A stretch of DNA of 64,000 nucleotides from Nannocystales bacterium (GTDB lineage: Bacteria > Myxococcota_A > Polyangia > Nannocystales > Nannocystaceae). Positions within the stretch are counted from its first letter, which is position 1. Every line of letters starts with the position of its first letter. Below the pieces are notes generated by a model, which was not told the DNA's origin, did no database searches, and worked only from the letters and a program-made list of their open reading frames with translations. The stretch is from positions 64,001-128,000 of the forward strand of contig JBOEGF010000006.1 of NCBI GenBank assembly GCA_050633305.1. Direction: 5' to 3'. Made by a program: the position numbers and the translations under genes. This document shows, one piece after another, positions 1-10,454 of this stretch.

Positions 1-741
1 GCGCTCGCCCCCGACCCCGCGCACTCGGACCCGGTGCCGAGGCTTTCCGTCGGGACGCGGCTCCATTGCGGTCACATCGAATCCCGAGATCGCTCGAGGA
101 TGCTCGAGCGAGCACGAGCCAGAAGCGATGCGGTGCAGGCTACCCAGATGCGCGGGGATACCCAGCCGTTCCCCGAGTTCGACGGCAAGGGAGCGAATGA
201 ACGACCCCTTGCTGACCCGGACCGTCGCCGCTATCTCCCCGCGTGCCACCACCTCCACGTCCGAGATCGACAGCACGGTCATCGCTCGTTTCGGTACGTC
301 GAACGCCTCTCCTCGGCGTGCTTTCTCATGGGCCCGCTCGCCGTCGATCCGGACCGCACTGAATGCCGGCGGCGCGAGCTGGTGCGTTCCCAGCAGGCCG
401 CGCAAGACCTCCGGCGCCCGTGCCCATGTCGAGTCGTCCAGCTCCGCCTCCGCCGTCACCTCACCGGCTGCGTCCGCTGTGGTGGTGGACCTGCCAAGGA
501 CGAACCTTCCGCGGTAGGTCTTGTCGTCGTCCGTCAGCATCGAGACGAGCTTGGTCGCTGGCCCCACGCAACACACCAGGAGCCCGGTGGCCCCGGGGTC
601 CAAGGTCCCACAATGGCCGACCGAACGCGTCCGCAACACCCACCGAACGAAGTCGCAGACTTCGGCCGACGTGGGTCCCGCGGGTTTGTCGATGTAGAGG
701 ACTCCGAGCGGTTCGTCCGCGGACCGCTTACGCTTGCCCAT
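1..741 (-). CDS. truB: tRNA pseudouridine(55) synthase, 3' end runs off the window
   Basis: Not in the ORF track because there is no stop in the window. Manual translation from ATG 741: MGKRKRSADEPLGVLYIDKPAGPTS...VGHCGTLDPGATGLL...KTYRGRFVLG...VSKGSFIRSLAVELGERLG...AHLGSL; follows rbfA. Confidence 0.95.
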   Translation of the reverse strand, partial: MGKRKRSADEPLGVLYIDKPAGPTSAEVCDFVRWVLRTRSVGHCGTLDPGATGLLVCCVGPATKLVSMLTDDDKTYRGRFVLGRSTTTADAAGEVTAEAELDDSTWARAPEVLRGLLGTHQLAPPAFSAVRIDGERAHEKARRGEAFDVPKRAMTVLSISDVEVVARGEIAATVRVSKGSFIRSLAVELGERLGIPAHLGSLHRIASGSCSLEHPRAISGFDVTAMEPRPDGKPRHRVRVRGVGGER

Positions 742-1180
742 CGGGTGGACCGTCGGGTGAGCCGTCGGAGGATGCAGACACATCCGCCGAGTCTGCGGGC
801 TCGGGCTCGGGCTCGGATGCCTCTCGATCCTGGGCATGAATCTCGGCCAGCACCTGTTCGATGCGCGTGCCGTGCCCGATCGAGTCGTCGTGCTCAAACC
901 GAAGCGAAGGCGTCCGACGAAGTGTCAGGACCTTGCCGAGGTGGCGCTTGAACACCCCCTGTGCCGCATTGAGCCCGGCGACGACACGCCCCACCTCAGG
1001 GCCGCCCTGCAGGACGTCAATGAACACGCGCGCCACGGAGAGGTCCGGTGACACCCGAACGGCGGTCACCGAGATCATCTCCTGGCGTTGGACACGATGG
1101 TCCTTGATGGCACCGCGTAGAAGCGCCCCGGCGATTTCTCGCCGGAGCAACTCCTCCACTCGGGATTGACGCGTGCTCAC
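728..1180 (-). CDS. rbfA: Ribosome-binding factor A
   Basis: RQSRVEELLRREIA, SVTAVRVSPDLSVARVF, LRRTPSLRFEHDDS; lies between infB and truB. Confidence 0.95.
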   Translation of the reverse strand: MSTRQSRVEELLRREIAGALLRGAIKDHRVQRQEMISVTAVRVSPDLSVARVFIDVLQGGPEVGRVVAGLNAAQGVFKRHLGKVLTLRRTPSLRFEHDDSIGHGTRIEQVLAEIHAQDREASEPEPEPADSADVSASSDGSPDGPPDGQA

Positions 1181-1207
1181 GCGTGTTCCTCTGCGGTCCG
1201 TCCCACG

Positions 1208-4200
1208 CTAGAGCGTGGGCGGGATGGCTTCCATCTCGAAGGCTTGCAAGGTGTCGCCCTCGGCGAGCCCCGTATAACCGTCGACCACGATGCCGCATTC
1301 GAAGCCGTCTTTGACTTCTTTGACATCGTCCTTGTGAACACGCAGCGAGCTGATGACGCCGCTGTGCAGGACTTCGCCATCCCGGACAACCCGAACGTGG
1401 GAGTTCCGTGTGATGGACCCTCGGGTGATCCGACAACCGGCAACAACGCCGAGCCGAGGGATGGGGAAGAGCGCACGGACTTCGGCTTCGCCCTGCTCGC
1501 GCTCCCGGTACTCGGGCTCGAGTAGACCGACCATCAGCTCACGGGCCATGTCCAACGCCTCGTAGATGACGCTGAAGGTGTGGATCGTGACCCCTTCGCT
1601 CTCCGCGACAGGGGCGGCCTTTCCAGCCGTCTTGACGTTGAAGCCGAAGATGACGGCGTCGCCCGCGTGGGCGTACTTGACGTCGGTCTCGTTGATCTGA
1701 CCGACCTCTGCCTTGATGACCTTGAGCTTGACCTTCTCGGTCTCGTTCGTGATCTCCTCGAGGGCTTCGGCCAGCGCTTGGGCAGATCCCTGCACGTCGG
1801 CTTTGAGCACCACTTTGAGGACCGGCACCTGCTTGCGAAGCATCATCTCCGTGATGCTCGGACCGGTGCGGACGCTCTCCTTGCGGAGCCGTTTCTCGCG
1901 ACGGTGTGCCACGAGCGCCTTGGCGTCCTTGTCGTTGTCGACCACGTTGATCGTGTCGCCTGCGAGCGGAACCCCAGACAGACCCAGAACTTCGATCGGG
2001 GTCGAAGGCCCAACGGTCTTGAGCATCTTGCCTTTTTGGTCCACGAGGCCACGCACGCGGGCGTGGAACTCGTTGGCGACAACGATGTCTCCCTTGCTCA
2101 GGGTGCCGGCCTGCACGAGGACGGTGACCACAATGCCGCGTCCTTTGTCGATGCGAGCCTCGAGGACGGTGCCGCCCGCGTTGCCTTCGACAGGAGCACG
2201 GAGCTCCAGCACCTCGGCTTGCAGAGCCAGGGTCTCGAGGAGGTCCTCGACGCCCTGCCCCGTCTTCGCCGAGACCTCGACGATGGGCACGGTGCCGCCG
2301 AACTCTTCGCCGACGATCTCGTGTTCCATCAGCGCCTGCTTGACGCGGCCGGCATTCGCATCCGGCTTGTCGATCTTGTTGACCGCGACGACAATGGGAA
2401 CACCCGCTTCGCGGCTGTGTTTGATCGCCTCGATGGTGGTCGGCATGACGCCGTCATCGGCAGCGACGACCAGGACAACGATATCGGTGACCTGGGCGCC
2501 GCGCTCACGCATGGCGGTGAAGGCCTCGTGACCCGGCGTATCGAGGAAGGTGACCTCCCCTTTGGCCGTCTCGACCTTGTAGGCCGCGACGTGTTGCGTG
2601 ATGCCACCAGCTTCGCCCGCGGCGACCCGGCTCTGCCGGATGTAGTCCAGCAGCGAGGTTTTTCCGTGGTCGACGTGACCCATGACGGTGACGACTGGAG
2701 CGCGAGGCTCGAAGCCTGCCTCGTCGTCGTGGGACGTCATCCCAGCTTCGTCGAACGCGACGTTCTCGGTCGTGTATCCGAACTCGGCCGCCACCATCTC
2801 GGCGGTCTCGAAGTCGATCGCGTTGTTGATGGTGATGCCGCGCATCCCCATGCCCCAGAGGGTCCGGAGAATGGCGGACGCCTTCTTGCCCATCTGGTGG
2901 GCCAGATCTGCGACCTGGATGGCTTCGTCGACGCGAATCCGCTTCTTGTCGTCGCCCATCGCGACCGTGTTGATCTTCGGGGGACCTGAACGGTCCTGTC
3001 CTCGACCACCACGACGTGGGGGTTTGCGCCGTCCACGAGCCTGGTGACGCTCTTCCCGCTGCTTGCGGATCGAGGCACGCCCCATCTTCTCCTGCTCGTT
3101 CGCATCGGTGATGATCACCTGCTTGCGACGGCTCGCGGGGAGCTGGATGAAGCCCAGGATCTTGGGCTCGGACCGCTGCGACGCGGCACCGACAATGACG
3201 CCAGCCTCGTTGCGGAGCACACGACCACTTCCGCCGTCGGCCGCTGCAGCCTCGGGCTTCGCTGTCGCACCGTCCGCGCCTCCGACCGCACCGCCATCCG
3301 CACCCGCTGGATCTGCCGCTCCTGCCGATCCTGGGGCAGCCCCAGCGGCAGCACCTGGAGCGGCAGCCGCAGCTGCGTCCGTGGCAGGCGTCGCGTCAGC
3401 GGCCGCTTCGGTCGCAAGCGCCGCCTCGGCTGCAGCTGCAGCTTCAGGCGCGGCCTGAGCTGCGGGTGCAGGCGTGGAAGCGGGTGCAGACTTGGCGTCC
3501 GCCGCCGGGCGGGTTGCCGGGCGGGCAGCGGGTCGTGCTGCTGGGCGCTGAGGAGCCTGTTCGCGAGCGGGTCGCGAGGCCATGCCTCCGGGCAAACGCC
3601 GCGTGTTCGAGGGCAGCACGATACGCTCGCCGACCTTCGGGGCCTCTCGCTTCGGCACGGCCGCCGCGGCTGCCTGAGCTGCCGCTTGGGCTTGTGCCGC
3701 GGCCTGAGCTGCCGCCGCACCTGGCTTGCGCTCCGATGCGGGAACGGGCCGGGTGGTCGATGGCCGTGGCGCCGGTCGACGCGTCGCGACAGGCGGGTTG
3801 CCTGAAGGTCGCTCCGCGCTCGGACGACGCCGGGTGACCGGTGCCCCCGATGAGGGAGACGGTGCCCGCGCGGGAGTCGGCTCTTCCGCGGCCGGTGCGA
3901 CCTCAGGCTCTGCCGGTTCTGCCTCACGCTCGGCGCGACGCCGACGTACGTCAGCTCCGCGTCTGCGGATTACGGTACCGCCGCTGCGCTTGCTCTCGCT
4001 TTTGCTGCCGGCGATGACACGCTCTTGCGTTTCGACGGGGGCCGCAGCCTCCTCGGGAACACCACGTACCGTTGCCCGCACGCGTGTTGCCTCTTCAGGC
4101 GTAAGCGTGGACATGTAGTTTTTAATGGGAATGCCGAGGTTACGGATCACTGTTTCCAGCGACCGGTTATCCTCGTTCAGCTCTCTTGCGAGCTCATAGA

Positions 4201-4216
4201 CTCGAACCTTGGCCAT
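1208..4216 (-). CDS. infB: Translation initiation factor IF-2
   Basis: Start [13 protein letters not shown]; GTPase motifs GHVDHGKT, DTPGHEAF, NKID; long Ala/Pro-rich N-terminal linker. Confidence 0.98.
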   Translation of the reverse strand: MAKVRVYELARELNEDNRSLETVIRNLGIPIKNYMSTLTPEEATRVRATVRGVPEEAAAPVETQERVIAGSKSESKRSGGTVIRRRGADVRRRRAEREAEPAEPEVAPAAEEPTPARAPSPSSGAPVTRRRPSAERPSGNPPVATRRPAPRPSTTRPVPASERKPGAAAAQAAAQAQAAAQAAAAAVPKREAPKVGERIVLPSNTRRLPGGMASRPAREQAPQRPAARPAARPATRPAADAKSAPASTPAPAAQAAPEAAAAAEAALATEAAADATPATDAAAAAAPGAAAGAAPGSAGAADPAGADGGAVGGADGATAKPEAAAADGGSGRVLRNEAGVIVGAASQRSEPKILGFIQLPASRRKQVIITDANEQEKMGRASIRKQREERHQARGRRKPPRRGGRGQDRSGPPKINTVAMGDDKKRIRVDEAIQVADLAHQMGKKASAILRTLWGMGMRGITINNAIDFETAEMVAAEFGYTTENVAFDEAGMTSHDDEAGFEPRAPVVTVMGHVDHGKTSLLDYIRQSRVAAGEAGGITQHVAAYKVETAKGEVTFLDTPGHEAFTAMRERGAQVTDIVVLVVAADDGVMPTTIEAIKHSREAGVPIVVAVNKIDKPDANAGRVKQALMEHEIVGEEFGGTVPIVEVSAKTGQGVEDLLETLALQAEVLELRAPVEGNAGGTVLEARIDKGRGIVVTVLVQAGTLSKGDIVVANEFHARVRGLVDQKGKMLKTVGPSTPIEVLGLSGVPLAGDTINVVDNDKDAKALVAHRREKRLRKESVRTGPSITEMMLRKQVPVLKVVLKADVQGSAQALAEALEEITNETEKVKLKVIKAEVGQINETDVKYAHAGDAVIFGFNVKTAGKAAPVAESEGVTIHTFSVIYEALDMARELMVGLLEPEYREREQGEAEVRALFPIPRLGVVAGCRITRGSITRNSHVRVVRDGEVLHSGVISSLRVHKDDVKEVKDGFECGIVVDGYTGLAEGDTLQAFEMEAIPPTL

Positions 4217-4652
4217 GACGACGCACCCCCTCAGTGTGGGCCTCACGTGCTCTGCACATCGAAGTGTGCAACTGCGTGAGATGGTTCAGACGACGAGGCG
4301 ACGCGGACCGGATGTCCGTGGCGGGGCTCGTGCGCCGAAGTTGTTCAACCTGATCTGTCACGGCTTGCTTGGTATCCACCCAGAGGGTCGAGCCCGGAAC
4401 CGCAACTGACAAGGTGTTGGGACCAGTTAGCGCGCGCGCGAACGCACGCCGTTTGACAGCGATTTCGTAGCAGGAACGCGACGGACACAGGTAGGCACTG
4501 CGCCCTTTGTCACGCTTAGGTGTCACTGCCGGTACGATGTGGCCATCGGACCGGCGGCGGAAGCGGAGGAGTGCGGAGGCGGGCTTACGAGCCCGACACG
4601 CGACACACATCCTGGAAGGCATGTGGGGAGCCACAGTCGTTGAGACGGTCAA
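4194..4652 (-). CDS. ylxR: YlxR/DUF448 (RnpM-like) RNA-binding protein
   Basis: PSRMCVACR...LLRF...GRSAYLC...C...[10 protein letters not shown]; canonical position between nusA and infB. Confidence 0.85.
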   Translation of the reverse strand: MTVSTTVAPHMPSRMCVACRARKPASALLRFRRRSDGHIVPAVTPKRDKGRSAYLCPSRSCYEIAVKRRAFARALTGPNTLSVAVPGSTLWVDTKQAVTDQVEQLRRTSPATDIRSASPRRLNHLTQLHTSMCRAREAHTEGVRRHGQGSSL

Positions 4653-6112
4653 TCGCCACCTCCTACGGTTGGCCGCGACCCTGCCCCGGCGGGCTCGCCG
4701 CTGGCGTGCCCCGCATGGTCAGGATGACCGGGGTCGTTCGGGTCGTCGGGATCGGGCTCAGGAGGGTATTCGACCTTCAGCTCGAGGTGACCGCTAGCCG
4801 CGTCGTTCGCGACTTCAATGATCTGCTCGGCAGTCGGGGTGTCGCCGACGCCCTCGACCTGGCTCAGCTCCTCGGAGTCGGCGACCGCGAGGTCGCGAAG
4901 GCTACGCCAGCCCATGTGGAACAGAATCTCGGACGTCTCGTGTCCGACGCCGGGGATCGCGGCCATCTCGGCCTTGTTCCGGACCTCTTGCTGACGGATC
5001 TTGCTCTCCGAGAAGATGTCGATGCGCCAGCCGGTCAGACGAGAGGCGAGGCGGACGTTCTGTCCGCGCTTGCCAATGGCCAGGCTGAGCTTGTCGTCCG
5101 GGACGATGAGCTCCATCGTGTGCCGATCGGCGTCGATGAGCACGCGCGACACCTGAGCGGGCTGAATCGCATTACAGACGAACCGGGCCGGGTCGTCGTT
5201 GAAGGGAACGATGTCGATCTTTTCGCCCCGAAGCTCCTGAACGACGGCTTGCACCCGAGAGCCCCGCATACCCACGCAAGCGCCGACCGGGTCGACGTCG
5301 CGCTCGCGGCTGGAGACGGCGATCTTGGACCGTGCGCCGGGCTCCCGGGCACAGGCCTCGATCCGCACGATGCCCTCGAAGATTTCCGGGACTTCGTGCT
5401 CGAAGAGCTTCTCGACGAGGCCACGGTGGGTCCGAGAGAGGATGATCTGTGGGCCACGCGCCGACTTGTCCACGTCTTTGACGTAGGCAACGATTCGGTC
5501 ACCGGGTCGCAGCGACTCGCGGGGGACTTGCTCGCGGACCGGGAGGATCGCCTCGGCCTTGCCGTTGTCGACCTCGACGACGATCGAGCCACGCTCGAAC
5601 CGACGGACGATGCCGGTCATCAGCTCGCCCTTCTTGTCTTTGTATGCGTCGTACAGGTTCTCGCGCTCCGCCTCTCGGACGCGCTGGATGATGACCTGCT
5701 TGGCGGTTTGAGCCGCGATTCGGCCAAAGCCACCACCGACACCCGCGCGGAGCGCTTCGATCTCGGGGTAGTCCTTCGCCTGCTGCTCGGCGCGTTTCTT
5801 GTCGCCGGGCAAATAGAAGATCTGGAAGAGGAGCTCGTCGCCCTCTTCAGCCTCGAGACCCGAGCGCTGTGCCTGGGCGAGCGTGAGCTCCCGAAGCGGC
5901 TGGGTGACATCGTCGACGACGTAGAGAACCTGGAACAGGTTCACCATTCCGGTCTCGTCGTCGAAGGTCGCCTCGATCTCGCGCTCTTCGAACACCTTCT
6001 TGGCCGCGGCAAGCACCGCTTGCTCCACCGTTTCGGTGAGCACAGCCCTCGAGATGTTCTTCTCGCGGCAAACCTGGTCGATGACCGTGCTGAGGTTGAC
6101 TGCTTCTTCCAT
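4649..6112 (-). CDS. nusA: Transcription termination/antitermination factor NusA
   Basis: [23 protein letters not shown]1 and KH domains ([37 protein letters not shown]). Start taken at MEEAVNL. Confidence 0.98.
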   Translation of the reverse strand: MEEAVNLSTVIDQVCREKNISRAVLTETVEQAVLAAAKKVFEEREIEATFDDETGMVNLFQVLYVVDDVTQPLRELTLAQAQRSGLEAEEGDELLFQIFYLPGDKKRAEQQAKDYPEIEALRAGVGGGFGRIAAQTAKQVIIQRVREAERENLYDAYKDKKGELMTGIVRRFERGSIVVEVDNGKAEAILPVREQVPRESLRPGDRIVAYVKDVDKSARGPQIILSRTHRGLVEKLFEHEVPEIFEGIVRIEACAREPGARSKIAVSSRERDVDPVGACVGMRGSRVQAVVQELRGEKIDIVPFNDDPARFVCNAIQPAQVSRVLIDADRHTMELIVPDDKLSLAIGKRGQNVRLASRLTGWRIDIFSESKIRQQEVRNKAEMAAIPGVGHETSEILFHMGWRSLRDLAVADSEELSQVEGVGDTPTAEQIIEVANDAASGHLELKVEYPPEPDPDDPNDPGHPDHAGHASGEPAGAGSRPTVGGGD

Positions 6113-6210
6113 GGCTGCGGAACCTTTCCGACTGTCCGATGATCCGACCCTTGTTCGACCTTGTTCGAAGTTCAATGCTGATGGCGACGCGCTCGAAAGA
6201 ATGCGTGCGA

Positions 6211-6858
6211 TCAACCTTCGTAGACCAGATGCGCTTTGCGAATCTGGTCGAGGTCGATGACCTGATGCGCCCCGCCGTCGGGATCGACGAGCGTGACCGT
6301 TCCGGCGCGGTCATCTTCGGGGGCATGAGGGGCGGATTGGACGTCCTCAATGCGTCCGTTGAAGTTCTTCTGCTTGGATCCGGCATCCAGCGGAGAAAAC
6401 GTGGTGACCTTGGCAAGGCCGCCGAGATGGCGGCGAAAGTGGGAAAGCTTGGCGAGAGGCCGGTCGATGCCCGGCGAGGAGACCTCGAGGACGTACGGGG
6501 CCTTGAGCACACGAGCGACGGCAGCCGCCTCGGGGTCAGCCTCGGCGGCATCGAGCGTACTGGAGACGATCGGCGCCATCTTGGCGCAGTCATCCAGCGA
6601 GAAGCCGCCGTCGAGTCGGTCGAGGTAGATGGCAAGCCGGCGGTGCTTGCCGGAGCCCGAGAACTCGGTGTGGACCAACTCGTAGCCCATGGACTCGACC
6701 ACCGGGTTCAGCACGCCCTCGAGCAGTTCCTCCGGGCGAACGACCCGTCCCAGAGCGGGCGCCGAGGCGGGTGCCGCGACCACGCCAGCGGCAGCCGCGT
6801 CGACAGAGTCGGACGCGCCCGGGGCGTTGGTTGGCGGCTGTTCAGTGGAGGGACTCAT
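6211..6858 (-). CDS. rimP: Ribosome maturation factor RimP
   Basis: [35 protein letters not shown]; first gene of the nusA operon. Confidence 0.95.
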   Translation of the reverse strand: MSPSTEQPPTNAPGASDSVDAAAAGVVAAPASAPALGRVVRPEELLEGVLNPVVESMGYELVHTEFSGSGKHRRLAIYLDRLDGGFSLDDCAKMAPIVSSTLDAAEADPEAAAVARVLKAPYVLEVSSPGIDRPLAKLSHFRRHLGGLAKVTTFSPLDAGSKQKNFNGRIEDVQSAPHAPEDDRAGTVTLVDPDGGAHQVIDLDQIRKAHLVYEG

Positions 6859-6900
6859 GGGGAACTTGGTGGGTGCGGCAGTCTGCGGTCGGCGGCGGCG

Positions 6901-6958
6901 AAAAAAAAGAGCGGGACCCTAGGGTGCCCCACTCTCAAATGGCGTTGCCTTTTGAGAT
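6901..6958 (-). promoter_or_regulatory. rimP leader attenuator (terminator hairpin plus upstream hairpin)
   Basis: Minus strand TCTCAAA-AGGCAACGCCA-TTTGAGA followed by GAGTGGG-GCACCCTAGGGT-CCCGCTC-TTTTTTTT, about 40 nt before the rimP start. Matches the described rimP-leader terminator with a GGG...CCC stem. Confidence 0.8.
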
Positions 6959-6971
6959 GCTGCGGAGCGAG

Positions 6972-7000
6972 CGAATAACACAAGGTTTGGGGCCCTGCAA
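6972..7000 (-). promoter_or_regulatory. Putative sigma70 promoter of the rimP-nusA-infB operon
   Basis: Minus strand TTGCAG-N17-TATTCG with TG extension, immediately upstream of the leader hairpins. Confidence 0.45.
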
Positions 7001-7071
7001 GCGCGGCGTGCGAACGTTCAGCCCGCCTAGAGCCTCCACAATCGCCGCGCTTCTGGCATTCTGCCGGTGCA

Positions 7072-7719
7072 GTGGCCCGTGCCCGAGCTCAAGTCGGACT
7101 CCATGACCTCATGGAGCGGTATGTCGACGGAGATCGTCGCGCATTCGAAGCCCTGCATCAGGCCCTATCTCACCGTCTGCGGGGTTTTCTGCTCAAGCTC
7201 GTGCACGACGAGCCCGCGTGCGACGACCTGCTCCAGCTCACGTTGCTGAAGGCTCACCTCGCCCGCGACCGGTTCCGGGTGCCCGGCGGAGACCCCGATG
7301 GAGCGGTGCAAGCCTGGTACTTCGCCATCGCCCGCAACGTTGCGATGGACTTCCTGCGAGATCGGCACCGCTCCAAGAAGCGCGAGGCCGGCGGTTCCGA
7401 CGAGGGGAACGATCCCGTCGCTGCCCTCCCCGACCCTGCGCCAACCGCTCAGGAACATGGAGAACTGGTCGAGTCCGAGGCGATCATCGTCGAGGAGGTG
7501 CGGGCGGCGATCGCCCAGCTGCCTCCGAAGCAGCGCGAAGTCGTCGAGCTTCACAAGCTGCGCGGCATGTCGATGGCCGACATCGCCAGCCGTCTTCAGG
7601 TGCGTGAAGGCGCGATCCGAGTGCGTGCGCATCGTGCGTACAAGGCTCTGGCCAGGCTCCTCCAACCGCGCAAGCGCCCCCTGTTGGGGCAGGACGACGC
7701 CCCGGGAGAAGCCGAATGA
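7072..7719 (+). CDS. ECF-type RNA polymerase sigma-70 factor
   Basis: GDRRAFEAL, DDLLQ, AWYFAIARN.AMD.LR (region 2); LPPKQREVVELHKLRGMSMADIA...GAIRVRAHRAYKAL (region 4). Confidence 0.93.
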   Translation: MARARAQVGLHDLMERYVDGDRRAFEALHQALSHRLRGFLLKLVHDEPACDDLLQLTLLKAHLARDRFRVPGGDPDGAVQAWYFAIARNVAMDFLRDRHRSKKREAGGSDEGNDPVAALPDPAPTAQEHGELVESEAIIVEEVRAAIAQLPPKQREVVELHKLRGMSMADIASRLQVREGAIRVRAHRAYKALARLLQPRKRPLLGQDDAPGEAE

Positions 7720-8321
7720 AACACGATGTCTTCGACGCGATCGGAGCGGATCTCTCCGCGGGGACTCGGGAGAAGCGCCGACACTTCCTGCCCGCGTTCG
7801 TCGGCGCGGTGTTGCTCATTTTCGCGCTGCTCGCGATGACGGGCATTCGGCAGGACTTCGACCAAATGCCGCTGTGGCGCCAGGCCGCCCTCGGAGTCTC
7901 GTGGCTCGTGTGTGGGGTGCTGTTTCCGGCGGTGGGGGTCGGACTGTGGTTCCCAAGCCGCTCCGCGCGACTCGCCCTGGCGGTGGCCGGAATTGCGCTC
8001 CCGCTGTCCGCGGTCGTGGGCTGGCCACTGGGAACGGATGCTCCACATGGAGCGGCCTCTTGCGCCATCGCGCTCGTGGCCTTGGGAACCGGCCTCGTGG
8101 GCGTCGGTGCGCTCAGCGGAGCCTTCGCACAGCGACGGGCCGCCACTTCCACGATGTGGGTCGCCGCCGGGCTTACGCTCGCCGCACTCGCAACGACGAG
8201 CTGGATCTGCCCGGTCGACCAGGGCGAACATCTTGTCTGCGGTCACCTCCTACCCGGGCTGACGTTCGCAGCCCTGGCCCTCGCGTTGGGGCGATTCATG
8301 CACCGGCGCTCGCGCGGGTGA
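7716..8321 (+). CDS. Multi-pass membrane anti-sigma factor, NrsF/DUF1109-like
   Basis: ATGA overlap with the ECF gene; about 6 TM segments; Cys in ASCAI and C-terminal ICP...HL..GH, like NrsF-type anti-sigmas. Confidence 0.7.
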   Translation: MKHDVFDAIGADLSAGTREKRRHFLPAFVGAVLLIFALLAMTGIRQDFDQMPLWRQAALGVSWLVCGVLFPAVGVGLWFPSRSARLALAVAGIALPLSAVVGWPLGTDAPHGAASCAIALVALGTGLVGVGALSGAFAQRRAATSTMWVAAGLTLAALATTSWICPVDQGEHLVCGHLLPGLTFAALALALGRFMHRRSRG

Positions 8322-8382
8322 GCGCGTCGATGATCGAGCCCATGATCGAGTTGGGGGTCGCGGACCATGCCGCGGCGCTGGC

Positions 8383-8868
8383 TTAGGACCGGGCGTCGCG
8401 ACGCTGACGGCGCTCGAGTCGGCGGGTCAACAGCCGGAACAGATCACCGGCGCCCGGCCAGTCAGCGGGGCACAACTCGTGGTGGGTCCCGTCGTGGACC
8501 TGCACCATGAAGACCTGCGTCTGCCCGGTGGGGCGGAGTTCGAGGTAGAGGTCGGCGATGTCGGCGACCTTGATTCGCCGCTGCTGCCCGCGGTCCGGGA
8601 AGACGAGCGTATTCCACACCAGATAAGGCGCCAGCGGGAGCCTGGCCAGCAACCACGCCCTCATCCATTGCAACAGCCACAACCCGACCAGCAACATGCC
8701 AGCCCGCAGCGCCCACCCCTGGCCGTAGGCCACCGCGAGCCACCGCGGCGGCAGGCGAACCAACAACACGGGGAACAACACCAGGGTTCCGGCGATGAAT
8801 ATCGTCGCCTCGGCGAGTTTGCCCGTCCAGTCGCTCGGACGGACCACGTGCAGGAACGGTCGGAGCAT
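8383..8868 (-). CDS. Hypothetical membrane protein (2 TM plus soluble PH-like domain)
   Basis: High-GC3 ORF with two hydrophobic helices followed by a beta-rich domain. Start taken at MLRPFL. Confidence 0.65.
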   Translation of the reverse strand: MLRPFLHVVRPSDWTGKLAEATIFIAGTLVLFPVLLVRLPPRWLAVAYGQGWALRAGMLLVGLWLLQWMRAWLLARLPLAPYLVWNTLVFPDRGQQRRIKVADIADLYLELRPTGQTQVFMVQVHDGTHHELCPADWPGAGDLFRLLTRRLERRQRRDARS

Positions 8869-8959
8869 GGTGCCGAACTCAAGCCTACGCCCGCTCGCGC
8901 AGCGATGCACCCATGGCATCGACCTTGTCCTGGGTGGCCCCCGCCCCTAGCATGCCGCC

Positions 8960-9385
8960 ATGTTGCGTACATGGATCGCAGTCGTCTGCCTCGCCCTGGT
9001 CGGCGCCAGCTGCTCCGACGGGGGCTCGTGCACAGAGGTTGGCTGCAGCAACGAAGCGGTCGTGACCTTCCCGGGCGGACTCGTCAGCGGTCCGTACAAC
9101 CTGACGCTGCAGAACGGCAGCGGCAGCGAGACGTACGCCTGCAACGACCCGCAGACCGCCGCCGAGCTGCCCGCGGAGATCGACTGCAACGCGAGCGGAT
9201 TTGAACTGAGCGACTCCGACTTTGGAACCCGCTCGACCGTCACCGTCACCCTCACCGATGCCGACGAGAACTTGCTCGCCGGGCCGACCGAGGTGGTGCT
9301 CCAAGCCGTTGAGACGCTGCAGCCCAACGGACCCGACTGCGAGCCGACGTGCATCGTCCGCAACGGCCGCCTGATGGTGAACTAG
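8960..9385 (+). CDS. Small Cys-containing lipoprotein
   Basis: Signal peptide ending VGAS-C; CTEVGC and QPNGPDCEPTC motifs. Confidence 0.75.
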   Translation: MLRTWIAVVCLALVGASCSDGGSCTEVGCSNEAVVTFPGGLVSGPYNLTLQNGSGSETYACNDPQTAAELPAEIDCNASGFELSDSDFGTRSTVTVTLTDADENLLAGPTEVVLQAVETLQPNGPDCEPTCIVRNGRLMVN

Positions 9386-9465
9386 CGCCGGGGGTCGGCG
9401 CAGGAGGCCTGACGGGCCCGCGTCCAGGCCGGGCCCAACGCCCTCCCGGCCGGTCGCATCGCAGC

Positions 9466-10422
9466 TCAGTCGAAGGCGACTTCGAGCGCGTACCCGCCCT
9501 CGTCGAGCGTCAGCGAATCGATCGACAGGAAGTACGAGCCCGGCTCGAGGAACACCTCGAGGAACGCAAAGCCTGGGGTGCCCAGCAGCTGATCGCTGAC
9601 ACACTCCGACTCGGTCAGCGCGCTGCAGTTGGTCCGCACGCTGATCAACGGCCGGTACGCCCCGAGCCCCGTTGCCGTGATGGACACGCTCCCCGGCGTG
9701 AAGATCTCGAGCGGGAAGAAGTTCTCCTTGCCCACCCCGCCGCACTGAGAGTCCGCCGCGCCCTGCCCCCCGACGAGCTCGTTTTCCCACAGGAACCTCG
9801 AACCCGGGGTCTGGGTGATGGTCTCGGGGTGGACATCACATTCCAACAACGGGACCGGATCCAAAGACACGTCGAAGGCGTAGTTCCCCCCGGATCCGGA
9901 CGAGTCGACCGCGATGTAGTAGGTGCGGTTCCCGAACGCGAGGAAATGGCGCCGGTTGTCGGCCGTCCACTGGTCGGTGCACTGGCGAAGGATGGTCGCC
10001 TCCTGACCGCACGCATTCTCGGTCACGCGGACGATCGGGGAGAAGTCGTTCTGCGCGCCGTCGAACGTGAGGGTGACGTCGGTCGCGCCCAGCGGCGTGA
10101 ATGAGTAGACGTCCTCGAGGCCTTCGGCCGCACCGCACTCGGTCGTATACAGCCCGGGCCCGCGCAGCTCGCCCATCGCGGAGCTGTTGGTGGTCGGCAA
10201 CTCGATCGGGTTGGTGCACGATCCCTCGCGCCCTTCGACCGGAGGCGGAAAGTCGCCGCTGTCGCCACTGCTCTCCGAGGCCTCCCCGGTGTCGTCCGTG
10301 TCCATCGGGTCTGTGGCGCTCGAGCCGACGTCAGTATCGGCGATGAACAGCGGGTCACTGCGAAGGCCGCATCCCGAGACGATGCAAAGGCCAAGACCGA
10401 TGCCAACGGAGATCAAGCGCAT
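9466..10422 (-). CDS. Lipoprotein with acidic linker and two PPC-like beta-sandwich domains
   Basis: Lipobox VSG-C; D/T/S/G linker; two repeats of C-G...E.VY.F...P.I.VR..C...C...G.YYI.VDS. Confidence 0.75.
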   Translation of the reverse strand: MRLISVGIGLGLCIVSGCGLRSDPLFIADTDVGSSATDPMDTDDTGEASESSGDSGDFPPPVEGREGSCTNPIELPTTNSSAMGELRGPGLYTTECGAAEGLEDVYSFTPLGATDVTLTFDGAQNDFSPIVRVTENACGQEATILRQCTDQWTADNRRHFLAFGNRTYYIAVDSSGSGGNYAFDVSLDPVPLLECDVHPETITQTPGSRFLWENELVGGQGAADSQCGGVGKENFFPLEIFTPGSVSITATGLGAYRPLISVRTNCSALTESECVSDQLLGTPGFAFLEVFLEPGSYFLSIDSLTLDEGGYALEVAFD

Positions 10423-10454
10423 GCCCAAGGTTTAGCATTGGGAGTTTTCGAGCG

